Part shown: positions 1 through 13,295 of the stretch, in pieces
Layout: every line of letters begins with the position of its first letter
How positions within the stretch are numbered: position 1 is the first letter of the stretch
NCBI GenBank assembly: GCA_001949185.1
Contig: BDGG01000001.1
Coordinates: 8,874,721-8,938,720 of the forward strand
From: Ramazzottius varieornatus
Taxonomy: Eukaryota > Animalia > Tardigrada
Direction of reading: 5' to 3'
Length of the DNA stretch: 64,000 nucleotides
Notes under the pieces: generated by a model
Seen by the model: only the letters and a program-made list of their open reading frames with translations
The model's database searches: none
What the model was told of the DNA's origin: nothing
Position numbers and translations under genes: made by a program

Positions 1-1539
1 TACTTGAAGTAACGCGAACTCACTGTCCGCTACTTACGTCCATCTCCAGGCCCAAGCTCAGTTTCAAGAAGGTGGCAATATTCTGTGCAGGAATCTTTGG
101 GTTCAAGTCGCACTTTGGATGTACCCAGCATTTGGGTAAACCAAAAGACCGGAGCAGTCGGGCTGAAATCCACCTAAGGAATCCAATGAGAAGATCAATG
201 TCAGTTACATAGAACTGGCTGGTTACGAGACACTTACGTACTTGTTTGTATGTGACAGCAGAGTGGTTCGCTGCGGCGAAGAACCACACCGAATCAGCAA
301 CCTCCAACATGAGCGGCAACTCGGCTGGTCGCGGAATGATCGACCGCGCTTCTTTGACATGATGGTGTTGACAAAACTCCCTGTAGAAGAAAACCAACAG
401 ATCAAACAAGAGATCGGCCATACACTCAACAAGATTACTTTCACAAGGTGGCGCACGCTTCCAGTGTTAGTAGCTGGAGGCGTGCGCTAATTGCAATACC
501 CATCTTGTCGCGTTCATTTGCCACCGCTCTCTATAATCATGTTTAGACATTCCGTTTGAATGGTGTTGAATCTTTTGATGGTAAAAGACCCTACCAGAAA
601 GCAAACCAGGAGAGCTGAAGGTCTGGTCGTGTGACTTTGCGGACGAAGGAATCGAACTGGAAGGCCTTCTTGGTCTTGAGGTTGGTGCGAAAACGACAAG
701 GCTCCATCGTTTCGTCCTCCAGATGCAGTCGCAGTATACGGTCCAGCTTACCGACTGCGCTGTGCTCGTCAACGAGGAAAGCTCGGCGAATGACCAATGG
801 CAACTCTTCGACCAGAAAGTCTTCGCCAACCTGAAATGCCGTCAGTTCTCCGCCCTTCCTCTCGATGACTGCAGTCAAGTCCTCACAAATCTATAGGAGA
901 AAGATATGTTGACTGAAGTTAGGGAAGGGGCCAACCCGCAAGCAAACCTTGATCGTACAGAGCATCGCATATGCCAGGGGATCGTATCCGAGGTGGAGCC
1001 GTTGGACTGGGAAGCATCGGCAAGTTCCAAGGCTGCACTGCGCGACTTGATCAAACAGGGTACGTCTCTCAAATACGTCCAGTCCCAGTAAGGCAGCATC
1101 TATAACAATAAAGATAAGTCTCGATAACTCTAACCGTGGTTTTGTAACAGATGCACATCAAAAATATGTCCCCCGATTTCGTCGACGCATGACGTCTTGG
1201 AACTCAGTCGTGCCTAAGCATCTGGCTCGGGGTACATCGTTGCGCCTCATGACGTCATGTCACAGTGTCGTTCACCGGATTTACCTTGATTAAGCCAATG
1301 CGAAAGATGGCTTCGAAGAATGTCGGCGGTATAGCCAGCCAAGCAACCGCGAAGAAGATTCCAGTCAACGAGAGGAATTTTGCAGCTCGCAAAAGCATCC
1401 TTCCGGTCCGTCTTCTTCTCAGGTACTCCTTGACGTCGTCGAGGGCCGCTGCCGAAGTCTCCTTGAGATTAAAACTGCCGTCCTTCAGCAACGAAGCGCA
1501 GAGGCGTTCTACAGCTTCCAGCTCTTGTGACCGCACCAT
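1..1539 (-). CDS. C6orf89/BRAP-like membrane protein, multi-exon, 3' end runs off the window
   Basis: Spliced minus-strand exons join as ...TM segment (LSLTGIFFAVAWLAI)-IFRIGLIK|MLPYWDWT..PCLI..RCS|ICED..PCRFRTNL..WFAFW|EFCQ..IIPRPAELP. The LPYWDW, CxxCE and RP-x-x-LP motifs recall the C6orf89-like family (from memory). Start uncertain (1539 or 1620). Confidence 0.55.
424..514. repeat. N25 inverted-repeat element, 1 unit (intron)
   Basis: GTGGCGCAC-25nt-GTGCGC with outer CAACAAGAT..ATCTTGTCG arms. Confidence 0.8.
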
Positions 1540-2405
1540 CCTACCCCTAATCCCAAAGAAACGGTAGATCTGCAAAAAGACCGACCGTAAAGACTCGACC
1601 AATGAAGACTGACGACTCATCAACTCAAGCAGGATCTCACTCTGAAAGCACTTACGAAGATACCTGCACTGCCTGGACGCTTTCTTTTCCTGTAGCCGCT
1701 GCACTATCTCTCACATCAGCGTCATATGTTGAAGTCCATTCATTTGCACTCCCTCAGCGTACTCCAAAGATTTGCTGCCAGATAAATAGTGCGGAATCTT
1801 CGACTGGAAGTACGCGATAAAACGCACAACAATAAAAATTTGAAGTTCTGAAAGCTTGTGACCTCCCAACCCCATGGACGGGTATCGTCAATCGCACGGC
1901 TTGCCGCCACAATGGACGTAGAGCCTTGCGGATGGCTGACTTGTGTGATTCGTGGTGGGTCAAGGGGTAATCTAAGAACATCACGCTCGCTCACCTTAGA
2001 TTGGAGTTTTAAAGCCTTGGGGCAAAAATTCCAGGTCAGGGTTCCGGAATGAAATACTTCGTCACGTGGAAATTGAGTCGCTGATAACTCGTCTTTGTCC
2101 ACGTGATTATCTCGTTATATAGATGTAGTGCAGGGGCGTCAAGGTTGCGCAGACAATTGTTTCCTGATTTTTTTTCTCGATACGATCCCAATCATTCCAA
2201 TTTCCAAATTCCATTCCCATCCAGATTCAGCGGGCGTAGGTATCGAGGACGTTTGTGAATTTTAGGCTGCTACCTTCTTGCAGAAAAGGGGATTGTTTTG
2301 AGGTGCTGGTGGGAGGATCTGTCGAAGCAGAGGATTGAGTGGAGCACCAAACGACCACATTTGACGGATATCCTCGCTGATGTGGATGGTCTTTCGAGAA
2401 TCAAG

Positions 2406-5400
2406 ATGGCTAGCGGTGCAAACACTATACCCATTGGACAGTTGATCCTCAAGTCGGATCCTGGGTCCAGTTCGACGTCGAGCTTGCTGAAGCCTGCTTA
2501 CGTCTCCTCGGCAAAGAGCAGCCGCTTCAGTGATAAGCCCAATCCAGATGCTGCCCCTAAAAGTTTCACCTTGGAAAAACGACCGTCTCGTGAGGACGAC
2601 CGTGAACGGAGTCGCGACCGAGAACGGGACAGAAAGCATGACGATCGCGACGATTCACGATATTCAAGAAGTCACGACTATCGATCCAGTAAGTGGCAGA
2701 AAGTGACTGCGTGGGTAACAGTCGGGTTGGCGAAATTTCGATGGAAATCTTGATTATGGCAGGCCGTAGGTGTCGTATCTGAGGTGTGCTGTGCATCTGT
2801 TGGTTACGCCTTACTGGTTACAGCGCGGCCTGCCAAATTTTGTATTTTTCATGTTACTCGACTTTTGCAGGTCGAAACGATGAAGAAAGTCGTTCATCGG
2901 TTAAATCTAGCAAATTGAACACAGGTACGCCAGAGCCTGCTAGTCGAGAAGGCTCAGCGGAACCTACGAAGAAGAAGCGACGGTCTCGCTGGGCTGAGAC
3001 GACGGAAGCTCGGGCCTTCATCCCGGGTATGCCCACCATCATCCCCGCTAACCTGTCCCGCGATCAGGAACGCATCTATCTATGTAAGTCTATAACTTGA
3101 AAATTTGTAATATTCAAACAGGTCGGCTCAGTTCTCCATGGCGCGAAGGCGAGACTGCTCGAGAGGCAGCCGAGTACAGTTGATTGAAGAAGGAAGCTGA
3201 AAGTGTGTCCTACTCAATCCTACTTTCTTGCAGCGCCTAGTTTCTTTTGAGTTACGGGCTTCAGAACTTTTAATTCTTTTCTTCCCTTGTACAGTGCGCC
3301 AAGGACCACTACGAAGCTCCCACCAGTGACCGATTAAAAAATTAATCTTGACTTCTTTTCAGAGAGGCGAAACGAAAATAGCCACATGAGTCGTTGAAAT
3401 AATTTTTCTTCCTATTGTCGTCTTGTTTCGATATCTTACTTACCTTTGGTCTATGTCATGACTATAGGAGTGTTCTCTGTTTTACAGTACAACTTCAAAT
3501 TGAAGATTACTCCAGGAAACTGCGGACGGGCGACCTGGGCATCCCAGCCAACGTTGAAGAAAGGTTTGTACGGTCAGCAGCTGAGTCGTTTCTTCCAGCT
3601 TGCCAGCCCTCGCGCCGGAGCCACGGGAAGCCTGAGCTTAGCGCTCTTTGGCACTTTGGGAGGATTGTTGACTAACCCCTTTTACCTTCCAGCCGCAAGT
3701 GGAGACCACATGGAGAACTGACTCGACCAGAATAGACTAGTTGTCTGAATAGCATCGACTGATTTGTTAGGAGACATGGTACTGAGTCCTTATTTTATCC
3801 CTAGGTCTCCATCTCCTGAACCTATCTATAATCACGAAGGCAAGCGCCTCAACACGCGAGAACTGCGCACTCGGCGAAAGCTGGAAGATGAGCGTCATAA
3901 GCTGATCCAGGAGATGATCACCGTCAACCCCGAATATAAAGCTCCAGCCGACTACAAGTAAGTTCCAGCAGTCTTTCGCTACGACATGGCTTTGTCTCAA
4001 GCTGCTCTGTGATAGGGCGCCATTGGCCAAGTTTACCGATAAGGTCTTGATTCCCCAAGATGACCATCCGGAAATCAACTTTGTGGGCTTGTTGATTGGA
4101 CCGCGTGGTAACACCCTCAAGTCGTTGGAGAAAGAGGTATGCCCTTCTTCAATTTGATCAAGTATTTAAGGCGCTATGAATCGCCGAATTTGCTCTTTCA
4201 GACCGGGACGAAGATCATCATTCGAGGGAAAGGTTCCGTCAAGGAAGGCAAGATCGGCAAGCCCAACCGCGATCCACTTCCGGGAGAAGACGAACCGCTG
4301 CATGCCTATATCACTGGTCAGTCCATCGAGTACGTTCGTGGCGCCGTTATCAAGGTACGCTCGAAAATTCATAGTCGAATGGGAGCTCGGCAAGATCTTC
4401 TTGTAAAGTGATGCACGCTTTCAGCCAATAACACTGAAGATGTGCGCCACTGGGGAGAACGATCTTCTTTTATTCGAACGCTTTCCCCAGTGGCGCACAT
4501 TTAGAATGTCATCAGTTGGAAGTGTGCGCCGCTTGGAAAACGATCCTGTCGGGTTTTCTTGCTTGGGTGGTGGATGCTAATAAACTGAAGTTTTTGACTG
4601 GTGATTGTTGGTTTTAGATTCGGCAGATACTGGCCGAAGGCATCGAAGTGCCCGAGCACCAGAATGACTTGCGCAAGCAGCAGCTGCGGGAGCTGGCCTT
4701 GCTTAACGGTACTCTGCGAGACGACCTGGGACCGCGCTGCAGCAACTGCGGTTCAACGGCCCATCGCACCTGGAATTGCCCCGACAAGCCCAACGTCACT
4801 CACACCATCATCTGCAACCGCTGTAACGGAGTTGGCCACATTGCCAAGGACTGCAAGACTGACCTGACGCAGGTCGAGGCCAATGCTTTGCCGACAGCCA
4901 ACATGGATGAAGAGGTAGGTCCTACAAGTGCCGCACACTTTCAGCTAGTAACATCGGGTTCATGCGCTACTTGGAAAGATAAATTCGATAGGTTCATCTC
5001 TTCAACTGGCGCATGTTTCCAGCTAATGGATTCGAAAGCGTGCGCCATGAGGGAAAATAGTCTTGTCGGGTTATATTCGTCGAAGCTCCATTTTACCCTG
5101 CTTGTCATTTGCAGTATCTGTCCCTGATGGCAGAATTGGGTCACGGTCCGCCGGCGGGCCAGAAGGCACGTGGTGGGCCATCGGGCAACTCCGCTACCAG
5201 TAATGGTAGCGCTACCACCAACGGCGACGGCGCTGCCAAGTACGGCTCTGTGCCGCCTCCTTCCCAGTCCAACGCTTCGGGCCCGCCACCTCCTGCAGCT
5301 CCTCAGCAGCAGCAGCAGCAGCAACAACAGCCATACGGTGCTGCCTTGCCGCCTCCACCACCGCCACCTCCGGCACAGCAAGGTAACATAACCCCAATCT

Positions 5401-5836
5401 CTAAGTAACTTCTTCTTCACCATACGATTGTACGACAAACCGGAAGTGGATCTGAATTGATCCTTTCTTGTCACTACAGGTATGCAGCAGGGTCCAGCAC
5501 AGCACGGAGGATATCCCGGACAGTGGGGCCAAGCGCCACCGCCGCCACCGATGATGCACCCGGGCTACCACCCCACGCACCATCAGCCACAGCATCAGCA
5601 GTACCACCAGCCACAAGGATACAATCAGGTAGGTTTTGTCGCAAGTGGGATGGGTGCTGAAGTGCACAGTCAGCGGGCTTTGGTTGCAGGGCTACGGGAA
5701 TATGCCGCCATGGATGCAGCAGCAGCCACAACAGACGCCTCCGCCGCCGCCTCCTCCCCTCGTCCAGTATCCTCTCCAGGCTACGCTCCAGTGGCAAAAT
5801 CTCCCACCTCCACCGCCACCGCCTCCACCATCTTGA
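2406..5836 (+). CDS. SF1: Splicing factor 1 / branchpoint-binding protein (about 10 exons)
   Basis: MASGANTIP start, RS/RD-rich insert, [25 protein letters not shown]2 ([16 protein letters not shown]; [13 protein letters not shown]; [10 protein letters not shown]), two Zn knuckles ([14 protein letters not shown]; [14 protein letters not shown]), Pro/Gln-rich tail. GT-AG introns keep the frame. Confidence 0.97.
4382..4557. repeat. N25 inverted-repeat element, 2 units (SF1 intron)
   Basis: Spacers 4417-4441 and 4499-4523 (25 nt each), in opposite orientation. Confidence 0.9.
4925..5072. repeat. N25 inverted-repeat element, 2 degenerate units (SF1 intron)
   Basis: Spacers 4937-4961 and 5015-5039 (25 nt). 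Confidence 0.75.
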
Positions 5837-6106
5837 CTTTGCTTTCTTATTTATCAATGACTGATTATTTTTTTCTGATGTTTTCTTTTCAGCGTTGTAG
5901 CTTTGACCAGGTAATTGTTATTGTATGGGCAGTACTTAGTGGTCTTCAGAGTTTGGAAAATAATCCACTATACCTGTCCTAAGCGTTCTCTTTTTAGTGT
6001 TTCGCCATATTCATAATTTATTCATGTCTCGTAATGTAGCCTATAGCAGAAAACGGTTTTCCCCATCCAAAGTGTTGCGTGGTTGGATGGGAGCTGCGAC
6101 ACACAC

Positions 6107-6195
6107 AGTCGACAAGATTGTTTTCGCAAGTGGCGCATCTCTTAGTGTTAGTGCCTGGAAGCGTGCGTTACTTGGAAAGAGAATTGTGCCGAGTT
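6107..6195. repeat. N25 inverted-repeat element, 1 unit (3' of SF1)
   Basis: GTCGACAAGATTGTTTTCGCAAGTGGCGCAT-24nt-GTGCGTTACTTGGAAA. Confidence 0.85.
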
Positions 6196-6782
6196 CGGCC
6201 ATACAGTAAAGATAAGTTTCGGGGAAGTCGTTTGTGGGAACCAAAGAAATGGGGGCAGGTTACTTGGGGTTGTATGACCGATGTGTGAAAGGCTTTTGTT
6301 TTGTGTTCAGGGTAATAACCACGTGGACATTACGGGGAGGACCGAGGTGAGCTGAGCTATGCAAATGCTGCGCCACCCAGACGTGCTCGGCTTCCTGTCC
6401 TCAAGTGGGGGACACTTCTTCAATAACAACAAACCGGAACCAGCTGTTACGGGACACCTTACCAGAACAGCCAGCGCGTTGTCCGTGACCCAATGCTTGT
6501 AGGTGAGACATTGCCTTCCACGCAATCACCTTGTAAGTCTGTCAAACCTCGTAGTGCATCGTCCATTGTAAATCCAGGTCATTTTCACCGTCATTCTTGA
6601 GCTGCCAACCTTTTTTCTCCACTGCATCCTACCTTTGAGCTTTTTGCCATGGAAAAATATGTGGTTGGCTAGCGATTATGATGGGGGAAATTTGGCATCT
6701 GATGGCGTTGCAAAGGTCTTGAGCAGACTGTAACATGAGGATGTCACAAATAATCTGTCTGCTTTCACGGGCAAAGGAAACG

Positions 6783-9437
6783 ATGTGGGCGGACCTTTTC
6801 TTACGGATCTTGTGGTGGTTATTATGTTGTTCAGAGTGTTTCAGCGCCCCTTCTTTCAACTCGCCAGCCGGTCGGCGAGCTTTCGAAGAAGCCATCTTCA
6901 AGTCTCGTCCGAGGCAGCGAGCCTTACTTCCTTCTTCGCCTGGACGAGCCATCAACGCCGAACCCTTTTACCAAAGATGGCCCGACCCCAAGAACATTCC
7001 CATCGACATCGATCCAGCTTACAGTAAGTCATCTCCTTCATGGCCTATCGCCAAAGGCACTTGTCTCTTTCAGCTACCGAATCTTTACGAAACATGGACA
7101 GTTTTCAGCATTACAGGAAGCTCGGACCATTCGTGATGCCATGGGGCAGATCAGCGTTGACACCAAAGGATGCGTCCGCTTTGTGCCTTACAGCTCACTC
7201 AACTACTCCGATTACATAAGTGTTACGCCACTCGAAGATGCCGGGTAAACAACACAAGTCCTCTCACATAGTTTTCCACCCCTTAATATCACAATTTGGG
7301 ACAAGAGAACTGGAAAAGATGATTTCCTTCCAAGTGGCGCATGCTTTCATCCAAGAGAACCTGCGATGTGCGCCACTGGGGAAAACAAGCCAACTGGAGC
7401 AGATCGTTTTCCAAGTGGCGCACGCTCCAGCCAAACACAGCGGAAGCGTGCGCCACTTGAGAAAGACAGTCTTGTCGAGTTTGTCTGCCGAGCTGGCTTG
7501 TGAAGACTGCTTTGTTGTGTAGGACCTTACGGTACGGTTGTTGGTCCTTCCCGGGTCGGGTGTCGAACCAGAATGGACGGGGGCAGTTCATCGGTGTCAG
7601 TCGTGGTCCTCGAGGCTGCGCCACCAACCAGCGGGAAATCATGAAAGTCTTGTCCCATGTCCTGGGCTTCCGCATGGTTCAGAATCGTCCCGATCGCGAC
7701 AAATACATCAAGATCAACTACGAAAACCTGGCTGCCGGTAAGAGTCCCTCGACCACATTGTCCTGTCATGCGGTAATTGATGTTGTCTGCAGAATGGCGC
7801 GTCATCGATCCGTACCGCAAGTACCTGGAATCGCAAGTGTACTATCGCAGCCTTCCCTTTGACTACCGTTCCATCACCTTCCATCCGCCCACCAAGTTTT
7901 CTCGAGATGGTATGTCGCCGGTCTACGAGCTGCTGGACCCCAGCGCCCACATCGGTGTGCAGCCCTACCTCAGCCGATGGGACTGCGTTGGTATCACCAC
8001 AATCTATGGCTGCAACCCCAACGTCTGTGAAGATCGTAAGTCGTTCATATGACAAATTGAGACAAAGTTACCATGAATGATAGTCAGTCCTCTTATCGTG
8101 GCAGCTTACGGGGATGATGAAATCCCCACACGGCCTGCCTTTTCCCCGCCGACCTCCTCGACGACGCCGTCAACTACCACCACCACCACCACCACCACCA
8201 TGACGACGATCAAAGAATCGGACACCACCCCATCGACGCCCAATTTCGACTTGGAAGAGGACTTTTCCACCTTCAAGCCTCGGCCGACGCTTGAGCCCGC
8301 CACCATCCCCATTGACTTTAGCCTGCCCACCGAGTCCACTCCGACAGCACCGGTCTTCGACGACCCCACCACGACGCCCCGACCTCAAGCCCAGAACATT
8401 TCGATCGCTACCGAGGTTTGCCGGCCCTCCTTCCGTGTTAACGCCGCCGTCTACTCGGAGAACGGTAAGATCTACCTCTTCTCCGGTGACTACTTCTGGA
8501 CTATGGACTTTCGCGGCGAAATCATCGATGCCGGTATCAGTATCATGGAGAGATTTGCCGGCAGAGTCAGGCCGCCCATATACGCCGCCTGGTCCGCTGG
8601 AGCCACCACGACCATCGTCGATTCGGTAACAACTATCCTCTATTTCTTCTTCATTCAAAATTACTGTTATGCTGTATATCAGACTTATGTCTTCTAGTCC
8701 AAGAAGTCGATCATTCTACGCAATGAACAGTTTGTCCGAACAGAGCCGACACGCTTCCCCAAACTTGACCAGTTGACGGAGGCCTTCACCTTCAACCAGA
8801 GCTCGGGCATCACCGATATTTACTACATCACTAGTAAGTCTTTGGCAAGATAATCCTCCAGGATTTCATGGTAGGGAAGCTCGGCGCACAGACTCGACAA
8901 GTTCGTTGTTCCAAGTGGCGCATTATTCCGGCCAGTCACAGTGAGAACGTGCGCCACTTGGGGGAAAACAGCCACACTTGACAATATCGGTTTTTGAGTG
9001 GCGCACGCATCGGTTCGGTTATGCCATCGTTGTGCGCCACTTAGGAAAACTAGCCTGTCGAGTTTGTTTGGCGGGTTTTCGTATGTCTCACCATGTTGTG
9101 TTTTTTTTTCGAAGATAATGGGACGCAGATACAGATTGGACGGAACGGGAAGCCGGTCAGCTTCTCGGCATATCCCAGTCTAGCCGGACTGGGCGACCGT
9201 ATTGACGCGGCCTTCACCGTGCCCATTCTGGGTTCTCAAATCATCGGCATGTTTGCTCGCAATGACTTTTCTTATTTAACGCCCTGCACGCTGAACATAG
9301 ACACCGACTCTAGTCCTTGCTTTCAGTCTTTGCCTGTCGGTACTTGGCCCTTACCTTTCAGTAGCTTGGTCAGTTACCCAGCAGGCAACTGTCGGCGACG
9401 AATTCGCCTTCGCTTTCCGCGCTTCCGCCAGTTATAA
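6783..9437 (+). CDS. Secreted astacin-like pseudo-protease with Thr-rich linker and hemopexin-like domain
   Basis: Signal peptide; astacin landmarks (RWP..IP, GCWSFPGR, RPDRDKYIKINYEN, PFDYRSIT, LSRWDCVGITTIYGC) but the Zn motif reads KVLSHVLGFRMVQ; Thr/Pro linker; hemopexin-type blades (CRPSFRVNAAVYSENGKIYLFSGDYFW, RIDAAFT) closed by a C-terminal Cys. Confidence 0.8.
7300..7494. repeat. N25 inverted-repeat element, 2 units (astacin-like intron)
   Basis: Spacers of 25 and 24 nt; outer arm CTTGTCGAGTTTG. Confidence 0.9.
8876..9066. repeat. N25 inverted-repeat element, 2 units (astacin-like intron)
   Basis: Spacers 8924-8948 and 9007-9031 (25 nt); ACTCGACAAG..CTGTCGAGT arms. Confidence 0.9.
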
Positions 9438-9855
9438 AGCATTGCATAACAGGGTTGCACTACTATACACTACTGACTACACCCATTGACCCTCAGAAAG
9501 AAACCACAGAAAACCACGTAGCTGGCTGCCAGGTACTGTATATCTTTACAAGCTTCTCTAAGCCTCTTTGTTCAGTTCAAAACAAGTGTTATATGTACAG
9601 AAGGAAACCAGTTATCGAACCTCCATTCGATCGCGCAGCACCGAAGCAAGAAAATCCCACCATCTAACAAACACTTCTAAAAACTACGAACACCAAAAAA
9701 ACCGTAAAGAATGCTCTATCGTCACAATATCACAACATGACTAATTTTTTTTCTGCCTTTCAAACACTTGCCACCTGGGAAGAATACTACTGTACTAGTT
9801 ATTCTGCAAACTGTTCGAGTGTTGAATGAGATTTGCGGAAATGAGTCGGGTCTTT

Positions 9856-10567
9856 CTACTTTTCCGGTCGAGCTCCGAAGGCGTTCTCGGAGCCGTAGAC
9901 CATGTACAGGAAACCATCTTCGTCGCGTTCCTTGTCGTAAATGTCAGCAATGCAGGTGGATGTGCTGACCAGCGCTTGGGCGTTCACCATCAGGAAGAAG
10001 GTTTGATTTGGATGCAAAGATAGTCGACGTCTGCAAAACAAACAAGAGAATGCATCAGCGAAACGAACAGCTGAAACGAACAGCTGAAGTGACGCAGTTA
10101 ACTATTAGTACATGCACCACAAACATGTGACTTCAAGGTAGGCTTGAGTACTACTGTAGCAAATATAACGGCGAAAAACGACGGCCGCGATGACGTCACA
10201 CACCAGTTTCTCAAAAGCCGAGCAAAGACGGGATGGTGAGCACTGGTGGCACATGATGAAAAGCGATTATGTTACGCAATTTTAGTAGGGTATAGGGTGA
10301 TCACGTGCCAACCGATCCGAAGGACGACAGTTCAAAGCCCAGAATACCCGACTTTTACCTGATAATGCGTGCCAATTCTGACACGGTTATGTAATCGGGA
10401 ACGAGGAATTTGGCCTTGTCCAGCAACGGCAGACTTTTCTCGTTGTCCATCCGCTCGATAACAATGGGAATCTTGTCAGGATGATGGCGACGAATTTGTC
10501 CAACGTCGGCAACACGATCGGCGAAGCTGCGACGTTCTCTGAAACCTTTGAGGCTGCTACTGGCCAT
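9856..10567 (-). CDS. MAP1LC3: ATG8-family autophagy protein, LC3 subfamily (2 coding exons)
   Basis: [41 protein letters not shown]|[28 protein letters not shown], followed by a short ARPEK tail. Intron about 10031-10358. Confidence 0.95.
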
Positions 10568-11541
10568 TTTCAGACGCAATTTAGAAAAAAACAAAAACTC
10601 TTTGGAGAGGAGTGGCAGCAAGGGAAGATCAAGGAAACATCACTTGTTTTACAGCGTCGTTATCGTTGATAGGGAGGGAAAAGCAGCACACTCAGCAGCA
10701 AGTCAGGCTCAGGCACTTGAGGGACGTGTAAGCATTCTTTGTCCGCGATCGACCACAATAAAGGATCGATAAAGTCTTTTTCCCAGTTAACTCCCACGAC
10801 CAGTTCAGCCTACAAAGACAAGACGGGCATACAATGTAGGAAATATGACAGATTCAAAACAGGAAACGCATGGTCTGACGAAAGATCAGTGTGAACTGAC
10901 AGGTAACCCAGCAATGACAAACAAAGAAGAAGGAAATTCTCGACAAAAAAATCTCTACAACTTAATACAAGGCCAAAAGAAAATCATGTGAGCACTGAGC
11001 AGGCCTTGATCAAGGCCGTGCCTGGATGGGCGGAAGCCTGACCGAATTTTCGGCGAAGCAACGACCATGTTCTCATTAGAGACGACCAACCACATTTACT
11101 CATTAGCATCAAGACCGCCCCTTCGTCTTTTCAGCGCCAGTCCGGCAACAGATGGCGGCACTGCCACTGCTGTTGCACCTTTCGCGATGACGTCATGAGC
11201 CATCCTTCATCTGGTACGAAATTTCCGACTTGCCTGACCGCCCTGGAACTTCTGGACTTTGAACTTGGCTAACTCAAAGGCGAATCTGTAGTCCTCATGC
11301 CTCCTTTCGTCGGTAAAATTTAGTTGTCTAGAGATGTTGGAAAGACTGTTGGATGTTGGGAAGGGAGGCTTTGGCGAACAGTTCCAGGTTCTTTGGAATG
11401 GGGTAGAAGGGGAGTTGTCAGTGGTGCAGTCTTACTCGGTCAGCCAAATCTTCTTACTCCCTACTGCAGCAACCTCTAACGTCTTGTCTTTGTCTGTGTC
11501 GACGGTCCAGCTAGACCTTGCGTATGGAGCCGTAGAAGGCC

Positions 11542-12954
11542 ATGCCCGTCGCCGCTCTTTCTTCGGTCAGCCTTACCTCTGCCAAGCGCAAAGACGATGG
11601 AGCGGATCAAAGCGGCAGTGGCCAAGCCAGTGTCAAAATGCTCAAGCGGGAAGACGCGCCATCCTTGACATACGTCATCCATAACCTTCCCAAGAATGTT
11701 AAATACAGCAAGATCGAGTCCTTCCTCTCTCCCTACCAAGCTAGAGCGATCGACCTGCAGAAAGCCTACGGTCCCTTGAGGTTGGTCCAAGTGGAGTTGG
11801 CCACAGCCGCCGAAGAGGCATGGGTCTTTGCCAAGAAAGACGGCACCAAATTTCACTTGATCAATTCGCAGCTTCCTCGTTTCGTCTTTCTGCGTTCGCC
11901 GCAACAAACGCAAGCTGACATTGAGCAACTGCCGGCGGCATTTGCCGCTCTGCCCGACACCATTCTCTTTAGCATATTCACCTACTTTGACTACCTGAGC
12001 CGGGTGCGCCTCAGCCGCGTTTGCCAGAAATGGAGGGGCGAACTTGGCCGAGGGCGGACTGCGGCCAAGCGCATCGCCTACATCAACTACACGGCTATCT
12101 CCAAGGTGCCGACCTTCCCCAAGTTTCGTATCAGCTCGCAGCTCACTCACCTCATCATTCGAGTCAAGTCCTACGCTGCCATCAAAGCCCTCAAGTTGTA
12201 GAAGGTGCTCTCGTAATATCCGCAGTTTACCAAGCTAACCTTGTCGCATCACCCCACAACCCACGTCACTTGGCGCAGTAGCATAAGCCACCACATCTTG
12301 CCGGCCATTTTGGACGAAGTGTGGTTGGCCGTCAAATACATCCGCTTGCTCAATTGTCAGCTTGCCATAGGCGCTACGGTGACCAAAGTCTCACGAGGGG
12401 GCCAAACGACGACGGCCGGCCTATTCGAGCAGGTGACGTCGCGCCGTCAGTGGAAGTTGACCATCAAATGTTCCGAAGTCCTTCTACAGGCTACTGATCG
12501 TTCCGCCACCTGGATGCAGAGCTTGATTCGGTACTGTGCTACGGCCAACCTACTATGGCCCTACGGAATGGAACAAGCTAGCTGGCTCAACTCATGTTTA
12601 GGGCAAATCCGCAAGAACGACCCGGAGCACATGCAGACCATCCACAACCATGCCACTTCGGACTTTGCTGGGCAGTATGGACACTGCCCCTATCTGCTCG
12701 CCCCGGCCGAGCACAACGTCATGCTGGCAGGAAGAAGGCTGAACAAGTTGGACTTGGCCATGGTGGCTGGTTATGTCCAGCTGGCCAACAAGTCGGCCAG
12801 TGTGACCAATGGTCGCTATCTGGACTATGCCTTCTCCAAGAAGCTTCTTTTACCCCCTCAGCTCATGCCCGACACTGTCCACTTTGACGAATCTTTCCCC
12901 GCACATAAAGCCCTTGCCATCACTTTCAAACGTGAAGTTAACATAGAGGCCTAG
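11542..12954 (+). CDS. RRM-like + F-box protein (intact only if a 63-nt intron is spliced; otherwise a pseudogene)
   Basis: RNP2-like YVIHNLP..; F-box ALPDTILFSIFTYFDYLSRVRLSRVCQKWR. The two ORFs share one frame and are separated by TAG (12199) and TAA (12214). A GT..AG intron at 12163-12225 would remove both stops. Confidence 0.6.
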
Positions 12955-13295
12955 CACAGCATCTGGCCTTCTAGGTTGTAACGGCGCATTCTGGCTCTGG
13001 TTCTGACTCTGGTCCCGACTCTGGCAGAATTTACGAGTAGTAAATGGCGCTATCTTTGGCCACAAGCCAGGGTTAATACTGAAGCGCTCCTATATCGCTG
13101 TCAAAAAGCATATTTGTCCTAGCTGCCATAACTTTGAAGTCTCACGTGTCAAAGTCACACACTCGCTGCTTCTGATATTGATAAGTCGAGAGTAGAGAAG
13201 CTCATCCTCGGCAGCAGATATTATGCTTGTTTGTTTGTCAAGTCGATCAGCAGGTGGTGTGGTCATATTCTTCCGCTGGATCGCCAAAGATAGGA

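Noticed and set aside
2570-2690. RS/RD-rich insertion in SF1
   Set aside because: N-terminal RS-like regions are known in invertebrate SF1 proteins; not unusual.
5300-5330. CAG-repeat tracts in SF1 (and similar tracts in SMARCC)
   Set aside because: Ordinary polyglutamine stretches in low-complexity tails.
9856-9875. Residues after the LC3 C-terminal glycine
   Set aside because: Normal pro-form tail removed by ATG4.
12199-12216. Stop-codon reassignment (TAA/TAG read as Gln)
   Set aside because: Conserved neighbours (COX15, TRAPPC5, IFT22, DNase I) end at TAG or TAA at the expected positions, so the standard code applies.
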